A DNA stretch of 64,000 nucleotides from an uncultured Gemmatimonadales bacterium (GTDB taxonomy: Bacteria; Gemmatimonadota; Gemmatimonadetes; Gemmatimonadales; GWC2-71-9). The notes below the pieces were generated by a model that was not told the DNA's origin, made no database searches, and saw nothing but the letters and a program-made list of their open reading frames with translations. Position 1 is the stretch's first letter. Each line of letters begins with the position of its first letter. Shown here piece by piece: positions 8,937 through 27,176 of this stretch. The DNA lies in contig CAVUDL010000018.1 in NCBI GenBank assembly GCA_963740175.1, positions 1,381 through 65,380 of the forward strand, in the 5' to 3' direction. Made by a program: the position numbers and the translations under genes.

Positions 8937-11852
8937 ATGACCAACAGCTTTGACGCCCGATCCACCTTGAAGGTCGGCAGCCGAACCTTCGAGATATTCC
9001 GGCTCGCCGCCCTGACCCGCGCCGGTTTCGACGTCGCCCGCCTGCCGTATTCCTTGCGGATCCTCCTCGAGAACTTGCTCCGAACCGAGGACGGTGTCGT
9101 GGTGACTGCCGACGACGTGAGGGCGCTGGCCGGTTGGGCCCCGGGAAGCCCGCCCAGAGAAATCGCGTTCACTCCGGCGCGGGTGCTGCTGCAGGACTTT
9201 ACCGGCGTTCCAGCCGTGGTGGACCTTGCCGCCATGCGGGATGCCATGGCTGCCCTGGGGGGAGATCCGGGTCGCATCAATCCGCTACAGCCGGTCGAGC
9301 TGGTGGTAGACCACTCGGTACAGGTGGACGCGTTCGGCACCCCCCAGGCGTTTCGAACCAACGTAGACCTGGACTACCAACGCAACCGGGAGCGCTACCA
9401 GTTCCTCCGCTGGGGCCAGCGCGCCTTCGAAAATTTCCGGGTGGTGCCGCCCAACACCGGCATCGTGCACCAGGTCAATCTGGAGTATCTGGCGCGGGTG
9501 GTGTTCAGCTCCGACGAAAACCCGGGTGCCCGCACCGATGAGGTGCCGCAGGCATATCCCGATACCCTCGTCGGAACCGATTCCCACACCCCGATGGTCA
9601 ACGGCCTCGGCGTGCTTGGCTGGGGAGTGGGCGGAATCGAGGCCGAGGCGGCCATGCTGGGTCAGCCGGTCTCGATGTTGATTCCGGAGGTAGTCGGCTT
9701 CCGGCTGGAAGGACAACTGCCGGAAGGCACGACGGCCACGGACCTGGTCCTCACCGTCACGCAGCTGCTGCGGCGCAAAGGAGTGGTCGGGAAGTTCGTG
9801 GAGTTCTACGGCCCCGGGCTGAGCAGCCTGGCCCTGGCGGACCGCGCGACGATCGGGAATATGTCACCCGAGTACGGCGCTACCTGCGCCATCTTCCCGG
9901 TGGACCAGGTGACCCTGCAATACCTGCGTTTTACCGGCCGGTCGGAAGAGCGAGTGGCCCTGGTGGAAGCCTACATGAAAGAGCAGGGGCTGTTTCACTC
10001 CGCCGCATCCCCCGAGCCGGTCTTCAACGACACGCTTACTCTGGACCTCTCGACGGTGGAGCCCAGCATCGCCGGCCCCCGGCGGCCACAGGATCGAATC
10101 CGCCTCTCCGACGCGGGGCGATCCTTCCGCGAGGCACTGCCGAGTCTGCTCCCAGCCGGGGCGACGCCGAAGGGGAAGGAAGCGGCCAAAGGCCCGGCCC
10201 AAGGCCCGGCAGCGGTAGGGGTGTGGGGCGAAGGATCCTCGAAGTCCCCAGCGGCCCACGCCGTGATGGAGGAAGATCCGGCCGAAGTGCTGGACCACGG
10301 ATCGGTCGTGATCGCGGCGATTACCAGCTGTACCAACACGTCAAACCCTTCTGTCATGCTCGCGGCTGGTCTCCTCGCCAGGAAGGCGGTGGAGCGAGGG
10401 TTGCAGCGGAAGCCCTGGGTTAAGACCTCGCTCGCCCCGGGATCCAAGGTCGTCTCCGACTACTACGATCGTGCCGGCCTCACGTCCTACCTGGACCAGC
10501 TCGGCTTCAACGTCGTTGGCTATGGCTGCACCACCTGCATCGGGAACTCGGGGCCGCTGCCGATGGAGATCTCGGACGCGATCCAGCGGCGTGGGCTGGT
10601 GGCCTGCTCGGTCCTGTCCGGCAACCGGAACTTCGAAGGCCGCATCAACTCGGATGTACGGGCGAACTATCTGATGTCTCCCCCGCTGGTGGTGGCGTTT
10701 GCGCTGGCCGGCCGGATCGACATCGACCTCTTGACCGAGCCGCTGGGACATGATCAGGACGGAGTGCCGGTCTACCTGCGGGACATCTGGCCCAGCTCCG
10801 CAGAGGTCGAAGAGACCCTCGCGTCGGCGATCCGCTCGGACATGTATCGCCGCAGCTACGGCGCGGTGTTTCAGGGCGACGAACGCTGGACGGCCCTGGA
10901 GGTGCCGGGTGGAGATCTCTTCGAGTGGTCATCCACTTCGACCTACGTGCGACGCCCCCCGTATTTCGACGGCATGTCGAAGGAGAGCCCGCGAGCGGTC
11001 GAGGACATTCGCGGCGCGCGAGTCATCGCGGTGCTGGGCGACAGTGTCACGACCGACCACATCTCGCCGGCCGGCAGCATCAAGAAGGACTCGCCCGCGG
11101 GCCGGTACCTGCTGGAGCAGGGCGTTGCTCTGGCGGACTTCAACTCCTACGGCTCCCGCCGGGGCAATCACGAAGTGCTGGTGCGCGGGACCTTTGCCAA
11201 CACCCGAATCCGGAACCGTCTGGCACCCGAAACCGAAGGGGGTGTGACAACCTACCTCCCGACCGGTGAGGTGATGTCCATCTACGACGCCGCGATGCGC
11301 TATCAAAGCACTGGCACGCCCCTCCTGGTTCTTGCCGGGAAGGAGTATGGCTCAGGGTCCAGCCGTGACTGGGCGGCCAAGGGTCCGGCGCTGCAGGGCA
11401 TCCGGGCCGTGATCGCGGAGAGCTACGAGCGGATCCACCGTTCGAATCTGGTGGGAATGGGAATTCTTCCGCTCCAGTTTTCCACGGGTGAGTCGGTGGA
11501 CGCGCTCGGACTGACGGGTCACGAGGCTTTCGATCTCGAGGGCCTCCCGGCGGCGATCGCCAGCGGTTTCGCAACCGGGCGCACCCTGCGGGCCCGGGCT
11601 CGCGGGGCCGGTGGCAAGCCGGTGGAGTTCAGCGTCACCATCAGGATAGACACGCCGCAGGAGGTGCTGTACTACCTGAACGGCGGGATTCTCCAATACG
11701 TGCTCCGCCAGCTGCTGTCGGGTCGCCAGAAGCCGAAGCCCCTCAGCGGGGCTCCCTCGGCCGTGGACGAATTGGCAGTGCCGTCCAATTCGCGCAAGGT
11801 GGACGAGGGATCGAAGGAGTCCTTCCCTGCCAGTGATCCGCCTGCGTATTGA
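8937..11852 (+). CDS. acnA: Aconitate hydratase AcnA
   Basis: [54 protein letters not shown] and [12 protein letters not shown]; likely start ATG 8937 ([11 protein letters not shown]). Confidence 0.97.
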   Translation: MTNSFDARSTLKVGSRTFEIFRLAALTRAGFDVARLPYSLRILLENLLRTEDGVVVTADDVRALAGWAPGSPPREIAFTPARVLLQDFTGVPAVVDLAAMRDAMAALGGDPGRINPLQPVELVVDHSVQVDAFGTPQAFRTNVDLDYQRNRERYQFLRWGQRAFENFRVVPPNTGIVHQVNLEYLARVVFSSDENPGARTDEVPQAYPDTLVGTDSHTPMVNGLGVLGWGVGGIEAEAAMLGQPVSMLIPEVVGFRLEGQLPEGTTATDLVLTVTQLLRRKGVVGKFVEFYGPGLSSLALADRATIGNMSPEYGATCAIFPVDQVTLQYLRFTGRSEERVALVEAYMKEQGLFHSAASPEPVFNDTLTLDLSTVEPSIAGPRRPQDRIRLSDAGRSFREALPSLLPAGATPKGKEAAKGPAQGPAAVGVWGEGSSKSPAAHAVMEEDPAEVLDHGSVVIAAITSCTNTSNPSVMLAAGLLARKAVERGLQRKPWVKTSLAPGSKVVSDYYDRAGLTSYLDQLGFNVVGYGCTTCIGNSGPLPMEISDAIQRRGLVACSVLSGNRNFEGRINSDVRANYLMSPPLVVAFALAGRIDIDLLTEPLGHDQDGVPVYLRDIWPSSAEVEETLASAIRSDMYRRSYGAVFQGDERWTALEVPGGDLFEWSSTSTYVRRPPYFDGMSKESPRAVEDIRGARVIAVLGDSVTTDHISPAGSIKKDSPAGRYLLEQGVALADFNSYGSRRGNHEVLVRGTFANTRIRNRLAPETEGGVTTYLPTGEVMSIYDAAMRYQSTGTPLLVLAGKEYGSGSSRDWAAKGPALQGIRAVIAESYERIHRSNLVGMGILPLQFSTGESVDALGLTGHEAFDLEGLPAAIASGFATGRTLRARARGAGGKPVEFSVTIRIDTPQEVLYYLNGGILQYVLRQLLSGRQKPKPLSGAPSAVDELAVPSNSRKVDEGSKESFPASDPPAY

Positions 11853-11959
11853 GGGGCGGGAAGGACTACCTACCGCTTCCCCGTCCTACCGCCTACCTTC
11901 CTCCGATCCCTGAGACATATAGCGATCCCCTGCAGCCAATGACACGGCGAGGAGAGGAG

Positions 11960-12193
11960 ATGCCCGGTGTGCAGGCGCGTGTGCGAGAGGAGCACAAGCG
12001 GAGATATATGGACCTTGACCCGACCGCCTGGTATCAGGTGGTGCCGGTGTTTCCGGGCGTGACCCAGCGGATGGTGAACATGGCGGGGGAGAGGCTGGCT
12101 CGGCTATCTACGCCGAAGGGATTCACGACGATCCGAGCTGACCACCTGGAGTTTCGCTCGGCAACGGTAGAAGCCAAGTCGCAACGAGCTTAG
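11960..12193 (+). CDS. Small hypothetical protein related to the paralogs at 23246-23877
   Basis: GAGGAG SD; start ATG 11960 or GTG 11969; QARVR..RY.DLD...W...HLEFR pattern. Confidence 0.65.
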   Translation: MPGVQARVREEHKRRYMDLDPTAWYQVVPVFPGVTQRMVNMAGERLARLSTPKGFTTIRADHLEFRSATVEAKSQRA

Positions 12194-12207
12194 TCGATCG
12201 GGTCGGC

Positions 12208-14543
<2,336 letters not shown>

Positions 14544-14683
14544 GGCATGGTTCCAGTGACGAGCGATCCGGGTTGGCGGCTACCCGGACACGGCCCTATA
14601 CTATACAGTGGGCAATCTGTGAAGTGTCGCCCATGTCTACCGTAAGTCAAGCGTTCTCGGTAGCTGGGCAATTATTTGACAAC

Positions 14684-14699
14684 TGTGATCTATCTCACA
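14684..14699. promoter_or_regulatory. CRP/FNR-family-type operator between divergent kinase genes
   Basis: TGTGA-TCTATC-TCACA, next to TTGACA at 14676-14681. Confidence 0.6.
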
Positions 14700-14774
14700 G
14701 CCCCCCATTTCTGCCCCGCACCACCTTGGTAGGTCTCCGCCTGCCACAACTATCCCTCCCCTGCGGGAGTTTTC

Positions 14775-21190
<6,416 letters not shown>

Positions 21191-21194
<4 letters not shown>

Positions 21195-22477
21195 CGCAGG
21201 CTGGGCCGCGGGGCAGTAGGGCAGAGGGGCAGGTGACCGCTGACGCGGCGGCAGCCCGGCAGGTTGATGACACCGATCAGCTGCCCCGCGGCTCCGCTGA
21301 CCCGCAGGAGAATATCGACAAGGTCAATATTCTCCTCGTCGACGACCAGCCGGCCAACCTGGTGGCTCTGGAAGCGATGCTTCAGGGTCTGGGCCAGAAC
21401 CTCATCAAGGCGGAGTCGGGGCGCGAGGCGCTCAAGTGGCTCTTGACGCACGAGTTTGCCGTAATCCTGCTCGACGTCAAGATGCCCGAAATGGACGGCT
21501 TCGAGACCGCCGCCATCATCCGCCAGCGTGACAAGTCGCGACATACCCCCATCCTCTTCCTCACTGCGGCCGACAACAGCCAGACTCACGCGGTCCGCGG
21601 GTACGCCGTGGGTGCCGTGGATTATCTGGTCAAGCCGGTGGTCCCCGAGTTTGTCCGCTCCAAGGTTGCCGTCTTCGTCGAGTTGGCCAAGAAATCGGAG
21701 CTACTGCGGCGGCAGACGCAGCTGCTGGCCGAGAGCGAGCAGGCGGCGGTGGAGCTGGCCGAGACGCGGGCGGAACTGGTGCGGGATCTCGAGCACAAGA
21801 ACCGGGAGCTGGAAAGCTTCAGTTACGCGGTGTCTCACGACCTCAGGGCCCCGCTCCGACGGATCGACAGCTTCAGCCGTGCGGTCCTTGAGAGTCATGG
21901 CGAGAGCCTCGACGAAACCGGTCGCAAGTATCTGGAGCGGGTGCGTGAGGCCAGCCAGCACATGTCCCAGCTGATCGACGATGTGCTCTACCTCTCACGG
22001 GTCACTCGCGCGGATCTGAGGGATCACGACGTGGACCTCAGCGCCCTGGCCAGCCTGATACTTACCCGACTCCAGGAAAGCGAGCCGTCCCGAAAGCTCG
22101 AGGTCAAGGTGCGGCCTGGAGTCGTGGTGACCGGCGACGGCCAGCTGTTGCGCATCGCGCTGGAGAACCTGTTGGAAAACGCCTGGAAGTTCACGAGCAA
22201 ACAACCTGAGACGCGGATCGAGTTCGGAGTTACTCAGGCGTCAGGAGAGCCGACATACTTCGTGCGGGACAACGGTGCCGGCTTCGACATGACCTATGCA
22301 GACCGCCTCTTCGGTCCTTTTCAGCGGCTCCATCCCCAGGGCGAATTCCCGGGCTCGGGTATCGGCCTCGCGACGGTGCAGCGGATCATTCACCGCCATG
22401 GAGGGCGGGTCTGGGCGGAGGGACTAGTGGGACAGGGAGCGACCTTCCAATTCACTCTGAGCCGGACGCGGGCCTGA
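21191..22477 (+). CDS. Response regulator-histidine kinase hybrid (REC-HisKA-HATPase)
   Basis: [17 protein letters not shown]; [13 protein letters not shown]; GSGIGLA; GTG start overlaps the upstream TGA. Confidence 0.9.
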
Positions 22478-22698
22478 CTGATCGTGACGCCGTTCTGAGG
22501 CGAATGGCGCCCAGGGAACCGCAGCGAATAGAGTCTGGAGTTAGGTCTGAACAGCCGCAGTGTCGCCGGCCGCCGGTCTTTGTGTGGCCTGGCTCAACTC
22601 GCGGGCCTTGACGATGCCACAGATGGAGCGTGGGTGAGGCTCCATCATCGGACACTCGCGTGCGGCCTTGTGGATTACCAGCTCGGAAGATGCAGGCG

Positions 22699-23133
22699 TC
22701 AGCGAGGGCGCTTCGCTTCAGAGCGCGGGAGTGGCTGTGCCAGTGCTTCACTAACCTTGGTGAGAAGTTCGTCGCGGGTGAATGGCTTGGCCAGGAAGGG
22801 CGCATCGAGCCGGGTCAGTCCATACTCGACCAAGACCTCAGCCGGATGGGCCGACATATACAGGGTGCGTTGCGCCGGCCAGCGCTCCCTGATCCTGGAG
22901 GTAACCTGCACGCCGTCGGCAAACGGCATGACAACATCGACCATTACGAGTTGGATCCCCGACCGCGCCGTCTCCAGGACTTCCATTCCTTCCTCACCAC
23001 TCTCCGCCTCGAACACGCGGAAACCCCATTCGCTCAGCAGGCGGTGCGCCATGCGGCGGACGGTCGGCTGGTCGTCGATAACAAGAATACTGGGAGCGGA
23101 TCTTACGTCGGGCAGTGTCAATTCGGGGGCCAC
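22699..23133 (-). CDS. Single-domain response regulator
   Basis: ILVIDDQ, MVDVVMP, YMSA and LAKPF. Confidence 0.85.
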   Translation of the reverse strand: MAPELTLPDVRSAPSILVIDDQPTVRRMAHRLLSEWGFRVFEAESGEEGMEVLETARSGIQLVMVDVVMPFADGVQVTSRIRERWPAQRTLYMSAHPAEVLVEYGLTRLDAPFLAKPFTRDELLTKVSEALAQPLPRSEAKRPR

Positions 23134-23211
23134 GAAAAGGTTTTGATGTCACGTACCTGGCAGGGTGCCGCGCAGGACCTAACAACATACCCCACAGTGA
23201 CCGGCACCCAT

Positions 23212-23227
23212 AGTGATCTACGTCACA
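23212..23227. promoter_or_regulatory. CRP/FNR-family-type operator upstream of the response regulator
   Basis: AGTGA-TCTACG-TCACA. Confidence 0.45.
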
Positions 23228-23245
23228 TCACCGGTTCCCAGCTTC

Positions 23246-23560
23246 TTAGCGCGCGTCAGCCCGCCGCTGCCGCCGATCTTCCAACCGGGAACGGCGCTGG
23301 TCGTCCTGGCTGCCGGCGGAGGGGAGACCGCGAAACTGGAAGTGTCGCTCGTCCAGGACGCGATCCCGGTCCATGTGCGCCTGGGATCGATGGCTGCCAC
23401 GTGCCGCCAGAACCAGACTGACCATGACGGCGGCGGGATGCCACTCGCCGGTAGGGATTCCGGGATAGAGGTGGCTGAAGCCGGATTTCAGGAGGGCCTG
23501 CCGGACATCGGCCCGGTGTCGCACGCCGCCTGCGACACCTGTTCGTGTCTGTTCGCTCAT
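23246..23560 (-). CDS. Hypothetical protein, tandem paralog B
   Basis: RQALLK..F..LYPGI..GEWHP...VLDERHFQFRG; ATG overlaps the stop of paralog A. Confidence 0.7.
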   Translation of the reverse strand: MSEQTRTGVAGGVRHRADVRQALLKSGFSHLYPGIPTGEWHPAAVMVSLVLAARGSHRSQAHMDRDRVLDERHFQFRGLPSAGSQDDQRRSRLEDRRQRRADAR

Positions 23561-23877
23561 GCTTGGTGGTCCCTCTCTGAGTCCTGCTCGCCGTCGGCAA
23601 CCGAGCCGGATGGGAGCTCCGCTCCCGCATCGCTCAGGCGGGTGGAACCTTCGGGCAGACCCACCGGCCGAGCTGATGCCCCCCGGAACTCAAAATGCTC
23701 GTCGCGGAGCAGCCGCCTCCCGGTGATGACACCGGACTTGGAACGATCCTTGTGGATCAGATCGGTCACCTGCCGCAAGGCTCGCTCGACCGGTATCCAC
23801 ACCCCGGCGTCGATACCGGCGTACAGCTGGGCGAACTGTTTTCTAAGCCGGGCTTCGCGACCACGCGGTGCGCTCAA
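23557..23877 (-). CDS. Hypothetical protein, tandem paralog A
   Basis: AGGAGG SD before TTG 23877; REARLR..FA.LYAGI..GVWIP...LLRDEHFEFRG. Confidence 0.7.
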   Translation of the reverse strand: MSAPRGREARLRKQFAQLYAGIDAGVWIPVERALRQVTDLIHKDRSKSGVITGRRLLRDEHFEFRGASARPVGLPEGSTRLSDAGAELPSGSVADGEQDSERDHQA

Positions 23878-24047
23878 GAGGCACCTCCTGGCGGGTGACG
23901 AACAGGGTGCCACGACTGATGGGCTCGCCAAATTTACACCGCGAATCGCTCGGCGGCAGGATGAGCCGGAAATTCCAGGATTTGGGAGGAGATGAATTGG
24001 GAGAAAGGCGCCGGCGGGCGCCGAAGCGCCCGCCAGAACCTGGATTG

Positions 24048-24526
24048 CTACCGATTGCCGCTACCACCGCCTCCACCAGGCCGCCCGCCCTGGCCGCCGC
24101 CCGGCCCACCACCGCCACCACCAGGACCTCTGCCGCCGCCTCCACCGCCAGGGTTACCGCCACCGCCACCGCCGCCGGGCCTCTGCCACCACCGCCTCCA
24201 CCACCACCCCCACCGGGATTGCCGCCGCCACCGCCGCCAGGGCCTCTACCACCCCCGCCCCCGCCGCCACCGGGGTTCCCGCCGCCACCGCCGCCGGGGC
24301 CTCTGCCACCACCCCCACCACCACCACCAGGGTTCCCGCCGCCACCACCGCCTTTACCGCCACCGCCGCCGCCACCCGGGTTACCTCCTCCACCGCCGGG
24401 ACCTTTCCCACCACCGCCACCACCGCCACCCTGGCCGCCGCCTCCTCTGCCCGGATCGTCGTTCCCTTTCCGAGCGGTGGGTGTCGCAACGTCACCCATG
24501 CCGGAGAACTCATCGTGCTGTGTCAT
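24048..24526 (-). CDS. Polyglycine repeat protein (one frameshift near 24170)
   Basis: AGGAG SD; MTQHDEFSGMGD..., then alternating (G)nNP and (G)n(R/K)GP blocks ending GGSGNR*. Confidence 0.65.
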
Positions 24527-24680
24527 CGTACGACTCCTTGGACTGGTGAGCTGATGCTCGGGTCCATCCGGAGGCGGCAAGGTGCCGCCTCCGCCGGAAG
24601 CCGCCCGGACGAGACGACGCGTAGAAAGGCTCCTACCACGATTCGTCCCCCCACCGGGCGGTACCGCGATGATAATGCAT

Positions 24681-25856
24681 TTACGGCTTGAGAACCACCT
24701 TGACGCACTCGTCCTCTTTGTTCAGGAACATGTCGTAACCCTCGGGCGCCTGATCGAGCTCCAGGCGATGAGTGACGACGAAGCTGGGGTCGATCTCTCC
24801 CCGCTGTATCCGCTCCAGCAACGGGCGCATATAGCGGTGGACGTGGCACTGGCCGGTCTTGATCGTCAGCGAACGGTTCATGACGGCCCCCATGGGGAAC
24901 TTGTCAATCAGGCCGCCGTACACGCCGATGACCGAGATCGTGCCGCCGTTGCGGCACGCCATGATCGCCTCACGAAGAGCGATCGGCCGATCACTTTCCA
25001 GCATCAACGCCTGCTTGGCCCGGTCATAGGCATACATCGCGGCAGGTCCGTGCGCCTCCATGCCCACGGCGTCAATGCACTTGTCCGGCCCCCGTCCACC
25101 GGTCATCTCCTTCAATGCTTCCAGGACGCTCACCTGTTCGTAGTTGATCGTTTCCGTCGCGCCGGCCTTTTCTCTCGCCATGCGCAGGCGGTACTCGAAA
25201 CGGTCGATGGCGATGATGCGCTCGGCGCCGAGGAGTTTGGCACTGGCGATGGCGAACTGGCCCACTGGTCCGGCCCCCCAGACCGCGATCACATCGCCGG
25301 GCTCGATGTCGCACATCTCCGCGCCCATGTATCCGGTCGGAAAGATGTCCGACAGAAACAGGACCTGCTCGTCAGTCAGGCCTTCCGGGACCTTGAGCGG
25401 CCCGACGTCAGCGAAAGGCACGCGGGCGAACTCTGCCTGGCCACCGGCATATCCTCCGGTCAGATGCGAATAGCCGAAGATGCCGGCCGTGGCGTGGCCA
25501 AACATCTTCTCAGCCAGCCAGGCATTGGGGTTGGTGTTCTCACAGACCGAGAACATCCCTCGTTGGCAGGAGAAGCAGGATCCACAGGCGATAGGGAAGG
25601 GAACCACAACCCGATCGCCCACCTTCAAATGATTTTTCAGACCAGGTCCGGTCTCTACCACCTCGCCCATGAACTCATGACCCAGGATGTCGCCCCGCTC
25701 CATCGTCGGTACGAATCCGTTGAAGAGGTGCAGGTCCGAGCCGCAGATGGCGGTGGATGTTATCCGTACGATCGCATCGCGCGAGTTCAGTATTTTCGGG
25801 TCGGGCACCTGCTCGACCTTAACTTTCTTTTTGCCTTCCCAGCAGTTGGCTCTCAT
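24681..25856 (-). CDS. Zn-dependent alcohol/formaldehyde dehydrogenase (MDR family, YbdR/FdhA-like)
   Basis: [31 protein letters not shown] and GAGPVG; start MRANCWEG. Confidence 0.93.
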   Translation of the reverse strand: MRANCWEGKKKVKVEQVPDPKILNSRDAIVRITSTAICGSDLHLFNGFVPTMERGDILGHEFMGEVVETGPGLKNHLKVGDRVVVPFPIACGSCFSCQRGMFSVCENTNPNAWLAEKMFGHATAGIFGYSHLTGGYAGGQAEFARVPFADVGPLKVPEGLTDEQVLFLSDIFPTGYMGAEMCDIEPGDVIAVWGAGPVGQFAIASAKLLGAERIIAIDRFEYRLRMAREKAGATETINYEQVSVLEALKEMTGGRGPDKCIDAVGMEAHGPAAMYAYDRAKQALMLESDRPIALREAIMACRNGGTISVIGVYGGLIDKFPMGAVMNRSLTIKTGQCHVHRYMRPLLERIQRGEIDPSFVVTHRLELDQAPEGYDMFLNKEDECVKVVLKP

Positions 25857-25906
25857 CAGTTGTGCACTCCCATTGCTATTCGCGTGAGCAGGCGTCAACG
25901 CCGCGG

Positions 25907-27007
25907 TTATCGGGTGGCGCCCTCGGCCTCTACGTTCAGCAGCCGGGCCTTCTTCAGCTCCTGCTCTGACGGCGGCCGAGCTGGGTGGGCACCGGTATAG
26001 ATGCTGGAATCGGAGTGCACGACCTCGCCGGTTTCCATCACGTTCTTGAATGCCTGGAGGTCGCGGGTGACCACTTCCTGACCGGATTGGCCGAACAGCT
26101 TGGCGATCGAAGCGCCGACCACGCCACCGGGAGGATCGTAGCGCATTTCCACCACGATCTCGGTGCCCCGATCCTTCGGGGCGGGGCGGAAGCGAACGAA
26201 TCCCGCGGTGTCCACCTGCCCCCCTGGCAGCGAGCGCCAGGAGATCAGCTCGTTGGGTCGGTCTTCTATTGTTTCCGCGTCCCACTCGACCCGAATCCCT
26301 GCCGGTCCCAGGGCAGACCAATGCGATCTCCGGTCGTCGAGGACCTGGACCGACTCCAGATGACTCATGAAGCGCGGGAGGTTCTCGAAGTTCCGCCAGA
26401 AACCATAGACGTCACTCACCGGACGGCCCACGGTAGTGGCGCTCTTGACCTTGATGCCACTGCCGGATTCGACGATGTCGCGGACCGAATCCCTGCTACC
26501 GCGGCGGCGACTCTGCGACCCCCCGTTGGCTCCGTTCGAGCCTCGGCTGAGGCGCTTGGCGGTGTACAAATCCACAGCCGTCACGCCGAGAACCGACATA
26601 GTGGCGGCAAGGGTCTTCTCGCGCTCCGGATTGTCAGAATCGAGCTGAGTACCGAGGAGAGCCAGATCCACCATGTCCCCCGCCACCCGCGACCACACGC
26701 CGCTTGCCGGCTGGTCCTGGCTCAGAATGGCGACGCCACTCCCGATCTCCCGTAACCCCATCATGCGGAAGACCGACGGCCTGTTCTCGACCCCGATCAG
26801 ATCGGCGAGCTGCCGGGGTGCGATGATCTCCGCGACCCCCAGTCCGATGCTGAACCAGCCCAAAAACCGGGCCAGTTGATCCGCATTCCCCTCTTGCGGT
26901 TGAGCTTCGCGGCGCCCGCCGCCATTCTGCCGGCGATCCGGCGTCCCGCTGTACTCCAACTCTTCATAGCCGGAAGTCCGAGTCCGGCTTGCAAGCTCTG
27001 TTGCCAT
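25907..27007 (-). CDS. SRPBCC (polyketide cyclase/START-like) family protein
   Basis: [10 protein letters not shown]-terminal domain; [21 protein letters not shown]; [15 protein letters not shown]. Confidence 0.9.
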   Translation of the reverse strand: MATELASRTRTSGYEELEYSGTPDRRQNGGGRREAQPQEGNADQLARFLGWFSIGLGVAEIIAPRQLADLIGVENRPSVFRMMGLREIGSGVAILSQDQPASGVWSRVAGDMVDLALLGTQLDSDNPEREKTLAATMSVLGVTAVDLYTAKRLSRGSNGANGGSQSRRRGSRDSVRDIVESGSGIKVKSATTVGRPVSDVYGFWRNFENLPRFMSHLESVQVLDDRRSHWSALGPAGIRVEWDAETIEDRPNELISWRSLPGGQVDTAGFVRFRPAPKDRGTEIVVEMRYDPPGGVVGASIAKLFGQSGQEVVTRDLQAFKNVMETGEVVHSDSSIYTGAHPARPPSEQELKKARLLNVEAEGATR

Positions 27008-27176
27008 GGTTCGCCCTCATTTCGCGCAGTATTTGAGAATTTCCCATCTTTGCCGGAGATGTATGGGACCCGGTCCAGAGTGTTTCTGTGTCCCAAGACA
27101 CTCTTTCTATTTGAAGCGAGTACGGGAACTGCGGAAAGTACGGATCGGGGACAGAGACAGGTAGCTGGGGACAGTC

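Noticed and set aside
23868-24554. Polyproline ORF on the plus strand
   Set aside because: Antisense shadow of the Gly-rich ORF, which has the SD and matches the strand of its neighbours.
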